Of a DNA stretch of 64,000 bases, positions 20,272 through 30,113 are shown piece by piece. Under the pieces are notes generated by a model. It ran no database searches, was not told the DNA's origin, and was given only the letters and a program-made list of their open reading frames with translations. The stretch lies in IMG/VR virus record IMGVR_UViG_3300023119_000004, one strand, 5' to 3'. Source of the stretch: a virus. Its lineage: Duplodnaviria; Caudoviricetes. The position numbers were made by a program, and so were the translations under genes. The stretch's first letter is position 1; each line of letters opens with the position of its first letter.

Positions 20272-20279
20272 TATTTATG
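20272..20279 (-). promoter_or_regulatory. T4-like late promoter motif upstream of the fibre gene
   Basis: CATAAATA on the minus strand, resembling TATAAATA. Confidence 0.55.
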
Positions 20280-20292
20280 CCAAATAGAAAAA

Positions 20293-20610
20293 TTACTTCT
20301 TCTTCTTTAAAAACTGTTTTGTGCGTTTTTGAACGTCCTCTTTAACTCTATCTGTGTCTACTTTGAAATCAACGTTTTTAATGCTAGAATCATAGGTTTT
20401 AAACATATCATTTAGCGATTTTTCTACGTCTTTGTTAAGCATAGTGTTAGAAGCGTTGCGATTTATAGTGATTTCCCATACTTTGCCATTGTTAAACGTA
20501 ACTTGTACACTTTCCAAGTATTCAAGGGGGATTGCTTTAACCTCCACATCCTTGAATACTTCGGGCCATTTATCTATAACGTCCTGAGAAAGTCCTTTAC
20601 GCTTTGGCAT
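20293..20610 (-). CDS. Hypothetical protein
   Basis: ORF in a co-oriented, tightly packed run. Confidence 0.6.
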   Translation of the reverse strand: MPKRKGLSQDVIDKWPEVFKDVEVKAIPLEYLESVQVTFNNGKVWEITINRNASNTMLNKDVEKSLNDMFKTYDSSIKNVDFKVDTDRVKEDVQKRTKQFLKKKK

Positions 20611-21205
20611 TGGAAGAAGCCTTTTTCTTAGACGGACTTAATTCTTCAGCCTCTTTTCTAAGACGCTCTGCTTCCTTAAACATTCTATCAGCATCTGCTC
20701 TCATATTTTTAGCAAGATCTTCATCTGATAAAGGTTGTTCTTCTACCTGTGCTGTTTGCGCCTGTGCTTCTACAGTACTAGCAGGCATTTCATTTGCTGT
20801 ACCTACTTCTTGTACTGATGAACCGTTTACTGCTAGATCGTTAATACTCACGCCTTTTTGTTCAGCAATGATTGAGTTTAGTTCGGCAAGATTAATAACA
20901 GTCTGCGTATCTGGTGTCATCTCAATATCTTTAGTTGCAACCTTAGTTAGTTTACCATTAGTATGGAAATTTGCTAACATAATACTACCGTCTTGTAACG
21001 GTGTACGTTGCATAGCATCTGCTAATTCTTCAGATACTTGACCAGTGTTAGATTCAACTAATCTCATTAGAGTGTCGTGTTCGTTATCACCTAAGTTCTC
21101 AGTTTGAACTACAAGTGCGTGTTCTGGATCGTTAGGTAGTGTACGAAATACTACTACGCATTTACGACCATTTGATTTAAATCTACCTACGTGCTTAATA
21201 GCCAT
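20597..21205 (-). CDS. Hypothetical protein with C-terminal coiled coil
   Basis: Packed ORF; heptad-like C-terminus. Confidence 0.6.
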   Translation of the reverse strand: MAIKHVGRFKSNGRKCVVVFRTLPNDPEHALVVQTENLGDNEHDTLMRLVESNTGQVSEELADAMQRTPLQDGSIMLANFHTNGKLTKVATKDIEMTPDTQTVINLAELNSIIAEQKGVSINDLAVNGSSVQEVGTANEMPASTVEAQAQTAQVEEQPLSDEDLAKNMRADADRMFKEAERLRKEAEELSPSKKKASSNAKA

Positions 21206-21522
21206 TATGATGCTCCTAGTGCCGCCGCCGCGTCTTCTGATGATACTGGAGTATCTTTTACTTCAGTCTTTGGAGCCGCCGCTGGCGTTGCTGGTGCTTT
21301 TGCTTGTTCACCAACTTGTTGGTTTGATACAGTAGTTAAAAATGTTTCTAACTTGTTGAAAGTTTTGCCTACTGCTTCTAGTTCGTTTGCTTTAAAAGCA
21401 CCACGAGATTGTGCAACCTCAATGATAGTTTTTAAAACACTCAAGTCTTGTACAGTTAGTTCTGCACTAACTTGACCTTGTGGCGGAGTTGCCGCTTGTG
21501 GTGTTTTGTTTTCTTCTGACAT
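21205..21522 (-). CDS. Hypothetical protein
   Basis: SD AAAAGGAG upstream of the start. Confidence 0.6.
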   Translation of the reverse strand: MSEENKTPQAATPPQGQVSAELTVQDLSVLKTIIEVAQSRGAFKANELEAVGKTFNKLETFLTTVSNQQVGEQAKAPATPAAAPKTEVKDTPVSSEDAAAALGAS

Positions 21523-21591
21523 TAATGTCTCCTTTTAAATGATATCATTTGTACTAATTAACATAGCACTTAATTATTTACTGCTATGTAC

Positions 21592-21867
21592 TTATGCATA
21601 CTTCAAATGTGGACAAGCCAACATGAAATAAGATAGTTCTTTGTGGCTTTCAAAACCAATTTTGAGTATTGGATTAAAGTCGTCATTCAACGATCTGCCA
21701 ATATAAAAACGACCTTTAAGATTATGCTTTATCCATTTTCTTATAGAGTCTTCAAGGTTATAACGCATTTCAACTGTAACAAAGTCAAAATGTTTTGGAA
21801 AAGTTCTTAACTCTCTAATGCCAAAGAAGTCTAAGGCATTCGGTTGTCCGTTTTTCAAAACTGTCAT
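21592..21867 (-). CDS. Hypothetical protein
   Basis: ATGA overlap with the upstream VWA gene. Confidence 0.55.
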   Translation of the reverse strand: MTVLKNGQPNALDFFGIRELRTFPKHFDFVTVEMRYNLEDSIRKWIKHNLKGRFYIGRSLNDDFNPILKIGFESHKELSYFMLACPHLKYA

Positions 21868-23141
21868 GCCGCCTTTTCATAGTGAGCAGTTAACCCGAAT
21901 GGTGCCTGCAAGTTTTTGTCATGATGTGAATGAATAACAAATACTGTATCACAGTAATCTTCATCACCCCATGAATCCCATGGATAACCATCTGTAAACA
22001 TAATGAAACGCTTCGGTTGAATATCGTGTTCTTTCATGTATTTCCAGTTAGCCATAAAGTCTGTACCGCCACCGCCAACAACTTGGTAGTCGTCTAAACT
22101 TTCACCACTGTCAGCACGGAAGTCTTGTTCGTTATATACATCAGTATCAAAACACCATACTTTAATATTGTAGTCTTGATACTCTGCCATAATACCTTGT
22201 ATTTCACTTAGGAAATCTTTTGCCTGATCATTACCAATTGACCCTGACATATCTACTGCAACACAAATATCAATTGTTTCGTCGAAGTTCATACCTGGTA
22301 AAATTGCATTAGTGTGCCAGGCCTTACGTGAAGGACGTTGGAATGTAAAATCATTTTTAATAGTAGATTGAATTTGCTGACGTAACAATTCACGCCAGTT
22401 CATTTTAGGTTCTGTAAGTTCTTTAATAATACGTTCTACTTCTTTAGGAATATTACCAGCACCAGCCGCCTGTGCCGCACTAATCATATTCTCTTTAATT
22501 TCGTCACGGATTTTACGTAATTCTTCTTTACTGTAAGACGGCGCCTTGCCTTTACCGTCTTTGCCATCTTTACTTTTAGATTGACCACTACCTTGATTAT
22601 CTTTATCCCAATCAACGTGTTCGTCAAGAAGTTTACCTAGTTGCTCAAGTTGTTCTTGATCATACTTTTCAAAGATATCATCATATACTGCTTCTGAAGT
22701 CCAACCTTCATATTTAAAGTCTTGGAAAATTGGAATGTCTTTAGGCTTTTCGCCAATACGATCTCTAACAAGAGTATTGTTTACAATATAGTCTGCGGCA
22801 ATGTTATGTATTTGCGGATCACGGTCTTCTCTACGTGTCATATGGTCAAATACACAATGCAAAATTTCGTGTGCAATAACGAATTCAATTTCTTTATTTG
22901 ACATTTGAGAAAAGAACGCAACATTATAATATAAGTTACGACCGTCTGTTGCGGCAGTTGGACACCATTCATTTGCTTCTTGTAATACAAGACGTGTAGC
23001 CATATTACCAAAAAACGGATGGCGAAGTAGCAAACCTACTCTTGCTACAATAATTCTGTCTTGAACTTCTGCACGAAGTTCGTCAGTAATTTCAATTTCT
23101 GGTGTTTCTACAGTTTCTGTTGTTGCTACACTCATTGCCAT
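21864..23141 (-). CDS. Metallopeptidase-like + VWA domain protein (DUF2201-like)
   Basis: AHEILH (HExxH), AATDG, VDMSGSI MIDAS motif, GGGTDF, FTDGY. Confidence 0.85.
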   Translation of the reverse strand: MAMSVATTETVETPEIEITDELRAEVQDRIIVARVGLLLRHPFFGNMATRLVLQEANEWCPTAATDGRNLYYNVAFFSQMSNKEIEFVIAHEILHCVFDHMTRREDRDPQIHNIAADYIVNNTLVRDRIGEKPKDIPIFQDFKYEGWTSEAVYDDIFEKYDQEQLEQLGKLLDEHVDWDKDNQGSGQSKSKDGKDGKGKAPSYSKEELRKIRDEIKENMISAAQAAGAGNIPKEVERIIKELTEPKMNWRELLRQQIQSTIKNDFTFQRPSRKAWHTNAILPGMNFDETIDICVAVDMSGSIGNDQAKDFLSEIQGIMAEYQDYNIKVWCFDTDVYNEQDFRADSGESLDDYQVVGGGGTDFMANWKYMKEHDIQPKRFIMFTDGYPWDSWGDEDYCDTVFVIHSHHDKNLQAPFGLTAHYEKAA

Positions 23142-23191
23142 GTTCTCCTTGTGCCTTATTATTTTACTATCAAATTACTATTATAGTAATT

Positions 23192-23220
23192 ATTATAGTA
23201 TATTTAACGGTAAATGTCAA
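23192..23220 (-). promoter_or_regulatory. sigma70-type promoter for the VWA gene
   Basis: TTGACA-N17-TATAAT. Confidence 0.8.
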
Positions 23221-23222
23221 CC

Positions 23223-23258
23223 AAAGAATTGGGGGAGAATCCAAAAACTCTCCCCCAA
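23223..23258 (-). terminator. Intrinsic terminator after the AAA ATPase gene
   Basis: Perfect 10-bp inverted repeat TTGGGGGAGA/TCTCCCCCAA followed by ATTCTTT on the minus strand. Confidence 0.7.
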
Positions 23259-23267
23259 ATGCTCCAA

Positions 23268-24389
23268 TTATGAAGCCTGTGCGGCCTTAATATACTTGCC
23301 AAACTTGTCATGAAACTCGTCAAAGCATTCAACTTCGTCTGGATCGATTGGCAATTGGTATTGAGTGAGGGCAAGTTTAATACCCATTACAACCAATTCA
23401 GTATCGAAGTTATCCATTGCAAAACGTAAGAAGTTATTTACTTTATCGTCAAACTTCTTATCGCCTTTGTCAGACGCTTCTTTAAGTTCATAACACAAAG
23501 ATACTGTTAAGGAATACATGGCACTGATTTCTTTAGTATCAAGTGTTTTAGCCTTACCAGCAAGTACATCAGTTGGGTTAGGCAAGTTTGCGGCAACCTT
23601 ACGGTGTGCCATAAACTTAACAGCCAAACCTTCGCCGACTGCACCACTAACCAAATCGGTAGTGGTATTCTCGTCATCATCATCCTCAAGTAATTCGGAT
23701 ACAAATGACCAAGAACGCGGTGTAGCAAAAGAACGTGACGGAGATTTAGGATCAAAGTCATACAAGTCCTTTTTACTAAAAGTTAAGAAACCAACAACAT
23801 CGTTGTGGATCTTGTTATCAACTGCCCAAGCAAACCAATCATCAAAGTCCACTTTCATTTCCAAGTGTACAAAACGGTTAGCCAATGGAGCCGGCATACG
23901 GTAAGTGACACCTTTGTCTGCTTCACGGTTACCAGCGGCGACAATAAGAACATTGTCTGGCAGTTTGTAAGTACCAACCCTACGGTTAAGTACCAATTGA
24001 TATGCCGCGGCCTGTACTGCCGGCGCGGCTGAATTCATTTCGTCCATAAACAAAACGATGGTCTTATATTTCTTAGCCATCTTTTCGTCTGGAAGTTCTA
24101 CAGGCGGTGCCCATTTCATAGTGTTATCATTTGCCGAATAATATGGCATACCTTTAATATCTGTAGGTTCCCATAATGACAAACGAATATCAATTAGCAG
24201 AGAGTTTTCAAAACTGTCTGTAATTTGTTCAACGATATCGGATTTACCAATACCTGGTGCACCCCAAATAAATATGGGACGCTTTTTACTCATTGCCCTA
24301 ACGATTGCTTTCTTAGCCGCATTAGGACCAACTTGACGGATTGCAATGTTTTCCATTTTGTACTCCTCGTATCTTTGTTTCAGTGCCAT
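23268..24389 (-). CDS. MoxR-like AAA+ ATPase
   Basis: GAPGIGKS Walker A, LFMDE Walker B, AAGN, LANRF. Confidence 0.9.
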   Translation of the reverse strand: MALKQRYEEYKMENIAIRQVGPNAAKKAIVRAMSKKRPIFIWGAPGIGKSDIVEQITDSFENSLLIDIRLSLWEPTDIKGMPYYSANDNTMKWAPPVELPDEKMAKKYKTIVLFMDEMNSAAPAVQAAAYQLVLNRRVGTYKLPDNVLIVAAGNREADKGVTYRMPAPLANRFVHLEMKVDFDDWFAWAVDNKIHNDVVGFLTFSKKDLYDFDPKSPSRSFATPRSWSFVSELLEDDDDENTTTDLVSGAVGEGLAVKFMAHRKVAANLPNPTDVLAGKAKTLDTKEISAMYSLTVSLCYELKEASDKGDKKFDDKVNNFLRFAMDNFDTELVVMGIKLALTQYQLPIDPDEVECFDEFHDKFGKYIKAAQAS

Positions 24390-24412
24390 AGTTAATTTCT
24401 AACTATGTATAT

Positions 24413-24440
24413 AGTATAGCATCACTAGGATAAAAGTCAA
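24413..24440 (-). promoter_or_regulatory. sigma70-type promoter for the AAA ATPase
   Basis: TTGACT-N16-TATACT. Confidence 0.55.
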
Positions 24441-24479
24441 GTCTTTTTTTAATTATTTTGGAAATATTTTTGGTTTTTA

Positions 24480-24875
24480 TTAAGAATCTTCGTGTTCTTC
24501 TGTTCTTTTGAGTGCTTTTGCCAATCCGTACTTGCGTACATCTCCGCTAAAAAGGTGCAATTCCATGCTCTTTTTTTCACTTGTAACTGTAATACTTTTG
24601 TTTGTAATATAGTAAGGACAGTCAATAAATTTATCTAAGAATATTACAACTTGGGTAGTCATTCTAAAATCGGGCGGAAATGGAATTTCGTATGTTGCTA
24701 GTTCTAATGTTTCCATCAAAAACATCATACCTTCGTCTGTAAGACGTAATCCACCCGAAGTCTTTTCTCTAGTATTTTGCCACCAAAGCGGCATATACTC
24801 TTTCATAGTACTTTCGTTAATACTAATACCGGCTTGTTTTAAGAATACCTTTGTATAGGTTTCTTTCCAGTTCAT
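24480..24875 (-). CDS. Hypothetical protein
   Basis: Packed ORF. Confidence 0.6.
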   Translation of the reverse strand: MNWKETYTKVFLKQAGISINESTMKEYMPLWWQNTREKTSGGLRLTDEGMMFLMETLELATYEIPFPPDFRMTTQVVIFLDKFIDCPYYITNKSITVTSEKKSMELHLFSGDVRKYGLAKALKRTEEHEDS

Positions 24876-24876
24876 T

Positions 24877-25167
24877 TTAATCTTCTTTTACTATTTCGCC
24901 TTGGGTGAGTTTGACTACATCAAAATCACTGCAATTAAACATATCGTTTAATTTCTTTGCTAGGTTGTGTGCGTGTCCTGGATTCGAAAAAGACACTTTC
25001 TTATATTTTGGTCCGGGATAGTTAGTTAGCATATTTGCTGACTTTAAATTGAATGGTTTGTTCTGATAAAACACAGCCCAAATGGCTTCAGCCTGAAGCA
25101 CTTGCTCAGTCCTGTATGTTTTTTTATTAACGTGTTCTAAAAGAACTGTTGGTTTTGGTCTACTCAT
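24877..25167 (-). CDS. Hypothetical protein (start refined to MSRPKP at 25167)
   Basis: Late motif GATAAATA at 25187-25194 lies inside the longer ORF call. Confidence 0.55.
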   Translation of the reverse strand: MSRPKPTVLLEHVNKKTYRTEQVLQAEAIWAVFYQNKPFNLKSANMLTNYPGPKYKKVSFSNPGHAHNLAKKLNDMFNCSDFDVVKLTQGEIVKED

Positions 25168-25219
25168 ATCTTTTCTCTCACTAATGTATTTATCCAAAAG
25201 AGAGAGTAATATGCGTAGT

Positions 25220-25465
25220 TTATTTCCAGTCTGTGCTACCGCCGTCGACGGTAACGTTAATGACTTCTTCTGTATTGTTCTTTTCGTAGACTAGTTTCTC
25301 TAGATCACCATGTAATCTAGACATTATAGATCCTAGTGTCAAAGCCAATGCTTTAGCATCTGCTATAGGCAATTTAACTTCAGGTGCTTTACTTGTATCA
25401 GCACCCTTAACACGATCTATAAACTGTTGTAAAGGTATAGTGTTTAATGGTTTAACGGTTGACAC
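25220..25465 (-). CDS. Hypothetical protein
   Basis: Packed ORF. Confidence 0.55.
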   Translation of the reverse strand: MSTVKPLNTIPLQQFIDRVKGADTSKAPEVKLPIADAKALALTLGSIMSRLHGDLEKLVYEKNNTEEVINVTVDGGSTDWK

Positions 25466-25928
25466 GACTTAACTCCGAACGCATTTCCATTTCTGTTTTA
25501 AATGGACCGCTATATTCATATTTTTCAAGTGTTACTAATTTAGGACAAAAACTCTTAACCCAACCCTTTTCAAAATGAATACAAAAATAACCTGCACAAT
25601 ATAAACTTTTAGACTTTTTACTTTTTGTAAATAGTCCAAACTTACGTTTTACATCATACATTTCGTTATATGGTACTGTACTAGTTGGCAATCCATAGAT
25701 TTCTTTTGATGCAGGGTTACTGTCACTAATTGTAGTTTTATTCCAAACAATACCGCCTAGTTTCTTTTCAACTTGTGTTTTATTATCGTACAGATAACTT
25801 CCTGTATCGCAACTGTACATGAATCTATTGTCTGCATCTTTAGACAATGTACCTAATTTATTATCGTTATTATCTTCAATAATCCAAAACTTGTTTTTTA
25901 AAATTTCGTTTGCTTTTAAAGATGTCAT
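25452..25928 (-). CDS. Hypothetical protein
   Basis: ATGA overlap with rnh. Confidence 0.6.
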   Translation of the reverse strand: MTSLKANEILKNKFWIIEDNNDNKLGTLSKDADNRFMYSCDTGSYLYDNKTQVEKKLGGIVWNKTTISDSNPASKEIYGLPTSTVPYNEMYDVKRKFGLFTKSKKSKSLYCAGYFCIHFEKGWVKSFCPKLVTLEKYEYSGPFKTEMEMRSELSRVNR

Positions 25929-26911
25929 ACTGGATACCTCGCTTGTAATGGTTCAGCATATTGTTGTGCATTATCTGAAATTCTTTGCATATCGTAAATA
26001 GCACAGAACTTCATTAATCTAAGTCCAACCTGCTGAATAGTTTTTGGTTGTGCGTTTTCTTGTATAGTGTTCTTAATCTTTTCTTTAATGTTCTCAGGTT
26101 GTGCCCTAAGATCACAAAGTAATACGTTACGATTATAATCATCAAGAACTCTATGTTCAACGCCTTCATGATCAACCCAACGTTGTAACATTAGGTTGTT
26201 CCAATTGTATCCTTTTGTACTCTTATCTGCAAATGCTTCAAGCATACCTACTTTGTTCTTAGTACCTTTTTTACGTACACCTGGATAAGCACTAAACACG
26301 TTATCGCTTGTATCACCACGCATACATTTTTCAAATAATAGCCATTCAGGATTAGGTGCTTCTTTAGGTTCACCTGTCTTTTTATCAACAATAGGCTCTC
26401 GCTTCTTGTCGTCAAAATAACCTTCGTGTGTAATAATTGTATTACTTACACCGTTGTATTGTGTAACTTTGGGACTAATAAGTTGTGCAAAGTCACCATC
26501 AGTAGAAATAATTACGTGTTCGTCATCAGGATGATAATCAATCCAACCAGCAATTAAATCATCTGCTTCTAGTTCAGGGTGTTGTAATACTGTACAGTTT
26601 GTTTTTGTAGTTACAAAGTCTTTAAACTCGTCAAAGGTTTCCCAAAAGACTTTTTCTTCTTCTTGTTGTGATTCTGTAAGTGCATCACGAGATTCTTGTC
26701 TATTACGTTTATAAGGCTCGTAAAAATCTTTACGCCAACTACGACCTTCTAGACAAAATACAATATGATCAGCATCAAAGTCATTCCATGCCTTTTTAAT
26801 GCTGTTTAATGTAATATGAAAAGCCATACCTACTTTAGTATCAAGATCGCCTCTAATGACGTGTCTTGCACGAAAGAAAGTGTTTGCTGTGTCTACTAGT
26901 ACATACTTCAT
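25925..26911 (-). CDS. rnh: T4 RNase H-like 5'-3' exonuclease
   Basis: LVDTAN, LEADDLI, ISTDGDF, GDTSDNV acidic motifs of the FEN/5'-nuclease family. Confidence 0.88.
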   Translation of the reverse strand: MKYVLVDTANTFFRARHVIRGDLDTKVGMAFHITLNSIKKAWNDFDADHIVFCLEGRSWRKDFYEPYKRNRQESRDALTESQQEEEKVFWETFDEFKDFVTTKTNCTVLQHPELEADDLIAGWIDYHPDDEHVIISTDGDFAQLISPKVTQYNGVSNTIITHEGYFDDKKREPIVDKKTGEPKEAPNPEWLLFEKCMRGDTSDNVFSAYPGVRKKGTKNKVGMLEAFADKSTKGYNWNNLMLQRWVDHEGVEHRVLDDYNRNVLLCDLRAQPENIKEKIKNTIQENAQPKTIQQVGLRLMKFCAIYDMQRISDNAQQYAEPLQARYPV

Positions 26912-26912
26912 T

Positions 26913-27950
26913 TTAAACCCATGTGCTGTTAAATATTAAATGACTTGCCCAAAGCATATGATAACTTTCTTTAGGATGAAATCCGTTAATGCTACTTCTA
27001 TTAAGTAGATCTGTTGATTCATTTAGTTTATCTAGATCCTTCGTCATGATTTCTGTATTGTATTCAAAGTTACCAAATCTCTTATAGTGTTGGGTCCACC
27101 AACCTGCTTCGTTACACCAGGGTAATTCAATTTGTTTACCATGCATCATAGCACAATGTCTTACCCATGGACATTTTACTATTATAAACGAATCGCTAGA
27201 AAAGTCAACCAGAAATTCGTTAAAGTTTTTCCAAATTAACCCATCTACATTTACGTATGATTTTAAAATTCGATCGAATTCTTCCAGCATCATTTGGTCA
27301 TAAAGTTCAAACCATTCCTTTGTTGATGCTTTTGGATCTACTTGAATTTTACTTGTAAATAAAAAATCATATCCTTTAAGGTTTGAGTACCAATCGTAAG
27401 TTTCAGAACTATCTCTTCCTGGACTAGTTAATTGAAATATAACACGTATTGTTTCATATTTGGTATTATATTCTTCTAATAACCTATCAAGGTCGTGCAT
27501 CATATTTTGATTACAGTTGCCCGGAACTGCCGACAGCAAAAGATCAGCATCGAGCATCTTTGCACAATAGCCTGCGAAACAATTATTAAGTCTATAAAAA
27601 GGATCATCTATGCCTTGCCCACTTTGTACGTGTGGAGCAAAGTTATCTCCATAAGTCCAACTTTCGCCAATACAGATTAGTAAAGTAGATTTTCTTCTTT
27701 TAACAAATAATTCTGTATTTTTTGCAGATATCCAATTTGGCTTGGTAGGACATTCTCTAGCATAAATTTTAGCACCATCTGTTACATTGGTGCTTTGATG
27801 TTTATGTCCTATACCGTTTCTTGAACCTGTATCGCTTATAATTTTAAAACTAGGATGCTTCACTTTTACCGTCTTCTCTTGAAACAATTTTAATGTGTCC
27901 TGCACCTCTGTTAGGATCATATCCTCCTTCTTGAAGTACATTTCTAGCAA
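26913..27950 (-). CDS. SGNH-hydrolase-like protein
   Basis: CIGESWTYG block I; FHP near the C-terminus. Confidence 0.45.
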   Translation of the reverse strand: MLEMYFKKEDMILTEVQDTLKLFQEKTVKVKHPSFKIISDTGSRNGIGHKHQSTNVTDGAKIYARECPTKPNWISAKNTELFVKRRKSTLLICIGESWTYGDNFAPHVQSGQGIDDPFYRLNNCFAGYCAKMLDADLLLSAVPGNCNQNMMHDLDRLLEEYNTKYETIRVIFQLTSPGRDSSETYDWYSNLKGYDFLFTSKIQVDPKASTKEWFELYDQMMLEEFDRILKSYVNVDGLIWKNFNEFLVDFSSDSFIIVKCPWVRHCAMMHGKQIELPWCNEAGWWTQHYKRFGNFEYNTEIMTKDLDKLNESTDLLNRSSINGFHPKESYHMLWASHLIFNSTWV

Positions 27951-28215
27951 CGTCTTTAAACCAACCGTCTACAATTTCTTCTTGCGATTCGCCTTTATAT
28001 CCTGCATCAATAAGTTGCTCAATAAATTCATTATTCCAATCAAGTTCGAAGAAGCCGTTCTTGATATCATTGTTATTAACTTGTGTATCAATTACACCAA
28101 CCCAAGGTTTTTTTGCCTTAGTTGCTGATTTCTTTTCTTCTTCTAATGCTTCACGGTGTGTAAGTTTTTTATCTTTTGTTTTGCCTTTAAAAAGGTTTTT
28201 TAGTTTTTCCATCAT
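27850..28215 (-). CDS. Hypothetical protein
   Basis: Packed ORF. Confidence 0.55.
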   Translation of the reverse strand: MMEKLKNLFKGKTKDKKLTHREALEEEKKSATKAKKPWVGVIDTQVNNNDIKNGFFELDWNNEFIEQLIDAGYKGESQEEIVDGWFKDVARNVLQEGGYDPNRGAGHIKIVSREDGKSEAS

Positions 28216-28254
28216 AGTCCTGCCTTTCTTGCTTTTTCGTCTAGTGTTTCTGGC

Positions 28255-29148
28255 TTATGTTCCCCAGGCGTTTCCGAAGATGTCGACGTGTAGTCTGGGT
28301 GTATAGCGCCAGCCTCGCTCCATTGCCAGTGTTGCGACTCCTCTTGTGTTGAGGCTGTATTCTTCTGACCTACCCCCAAGCGGCATAACATAGACCGGAA
28401 CATCGATTCCTTCTGCTCTGTATTGTTCAACTGCTTTTGTAACTTCATCCACATCTTCTTCGGTAGCCACAACAAACTTGAAATACATACTACTATTAGG
28501 TACATCGTAGTACTGCCTAGCAATGTCAGGCTTGATAGCAGTATCCCAAGGCTCTCCGCTAACGGAAAGTTTCGGACTGCACGACCAAGTGATATGAAAT
28601 GATCTTTCGTTGTTGAGATACTCTCGGAAATCATCTCTGAGAGACTGTGTTGTATTTGTTTCAAACGTAACATTTTTCAAATCCTCCATACGAGGGTGTT
28701 TAAATAGGTCCATATATAACCTCTGCCACCCTAGCAAAGGTTCACCGCCTGTTAGTATAAAATGAACATCCTGTCCATTATCCATCGTCCACTTACCTTG
28801 TGGAGTAAGACTTAGCACATAGTCAACTACTTCGTCAACTGTGTGGTCTTTCATATACTTCTTAAATTCTGGATAGATACTTGCATAGGTATCGCAACCT
28901 GTATGCACAATAGGTAAATCTTCAAACTTATTTACCTTGTCTAAAATACCATCATCAAGTAATTGTTTTACTTCTGGATTATACTTAATACCTTGTTCTA
29001 GTTTTTCTGCTCTATTAGGGTGCTTGTCTAGACCAAAGTTCATACAACGAAAGTTACAACCAAATGTACGCAAGAAAACAGAAGGTACGCCAACAAAACG
29101 TCCTTCGCCTTGTACACTATAAAATGCTTCACTATATCGTAACTTCAT
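28255..29148 (-). CDS. queE: 7-carboxy-7-deazaguanine synthase (radical SAM)
   Basis: YSEAFYSVQGEG, FLRTFGCNFRC...CDT, TGGEP, SPKL, PRLH. Confidence 0.92.
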   Translation of the reverse strand: MKLRYSEAFYSVQGEGRFVGVPSVFLRTFGCNFRCMNFGLDKHPNRAEKLEQGIKYNPEVKQLLDDGILDKVNKFEDLPIVHTGCDTYASIYPEFKKYMKDHTVDEVVDYVLSLTPQGKWTMDNGQDVHFILTGGEPLLGWQRLYMDLFKHPRMEDLKNVTFETNTTQSLRDDFREYLNNERSFHITWSCSPKLSVSGEPWDTAIKPDIARQYYDVPNSSMYFKFVVATEEDVDEVTKAVEQYRAEGIDVPVYVMPLGGRSEEYSLNTRGVATLAMERGWRYTPRLHVDIFGNAWGT

Positions 29149-29339
29149 TAAACAATCTCCTCTGCAATACCAAGGAACTCAGCAACAGCAAAAAATAATG
29201 CTAGTGCTACCACTGATCCTGTGTAAGCGGCTACTAAGCAACCTGCTAAACGTAATCCGCTTTTAATTAAACTTACATAAAAATGTCCTTTGCCTGGATC
29301 TTTAGGTGCCGGAACAAATACTTTTTCTGGAATAGGCAT
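29148..29339 (-). CDS. Small membrane protein
   Basis: Two hydrophobic segments; translationally coupled. Confidence 0.55.
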   Translation of the reverse strand: MPIPEKVFVPAPKDPGKGHFYVSLIKSGLRLAGCLVAAYTGSVVALALFFAVAEFLGIAEEIV

Positions 29340-30022
29340 TAGCAGGCAAACTCCTGTTGTAATTTGATATTGTCCATAAATTCTTTCTTAGTACCTGCAT
29401 CGTCTTTAAAAGCACCTTTTAGTACTGTAGTTTGTGTTAAACTACTAGTTGCCATAATACCACGATTCTCACAACAACCATGTGTTGCTTGAATATACAC
29501 ACCTAAGTGTTCGGCATCAGTTGCTTTCTGTATTTCACGAGCAATATCATTTGCAAGTTCTTCTTGCAGAGTACCACGTCTAGCACACCATTGTGCAATA
29601 CGTGTATACTTAGATAGTCCAATAAGTTTATTAGCGGCAATAATACCAATGTATGCTACACCAGTTACTGGTTGATGATGATGTGAACATACACTCTTAA
29701 GTTCGCTACGAACTACAAGCATACCTTCATATCTATCTTCGCTATCATTAGGAAATGCAGTTGCTGGTGGAATTGGATCATAACGTCCTTGCATTAATTC
29801 GTTAAAGTACATCTTTGCAAGACGTCTTGCGGTACCTTTTGAATTAGGATCATTATGACGATCAATTACCAATGTATCAAGAACATTTTCAAATGCTAGT
29901 GTAGCCTCTTCAATTAGTTCTTCTTTATCGCCTTTTTGTAAGACTTCGGAGATGTTGTCACCTGCCCAATAGCGGATGCCAGCATCTTCTAATTTTTGTT
30001 TTACTTGTTTACTTTTGCTCAA
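29339..30022 (-). CDS. folE: GTP cyclohydrolase I (TTG start)
   Basis: SVCSHHHQP, IGLSKYTR, LQEEL, HGCCENRG. Confidence 0.95.
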   Translation of the reverse strand: MSKSKQVKQKLEDAGIRYWAGDNISEVLQKGDKEELIEEATLAFENVLDTLVIDRHNDPNSKGTARRLAKMYFNELMQGRYDPIPPATAFPNDSEDRYEGMLVVRSELKSVCSHHHQPVTGVAYIGIIAANKLIGLSKYTRIAQWCARRGTLQEELANDIAREIQKATDAEHLGVYIQATHGCCENRGIMATSSLTQTTVLKGAFKDDAGTKKEFMDNIKLQQEFAC

Positions 30023-30066
30023 TTTATCTCTCCGAGTTATAGACGTGGATGTCTAATATAGTTTAC

Positions 30067-30095
30067 ATTATATACTTTATTTAGGTTTTTGTCAA
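30067..30095 (-). promoter_or_regulatory. sigma70-type promoter for folE-queE
   Basis: TTGACA-N17-TATAAT with CTAAATA in the spacer. Confidence 0.8.
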
Positions 30096-30113
30096 GTATA
30101 TTATACACGAATA

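Noticed and set aside
28212-28673. 153-aa same-strand ORF inside queE
   Set aside because: Alternative frame fully overlapping a well-supported gene; no motifs
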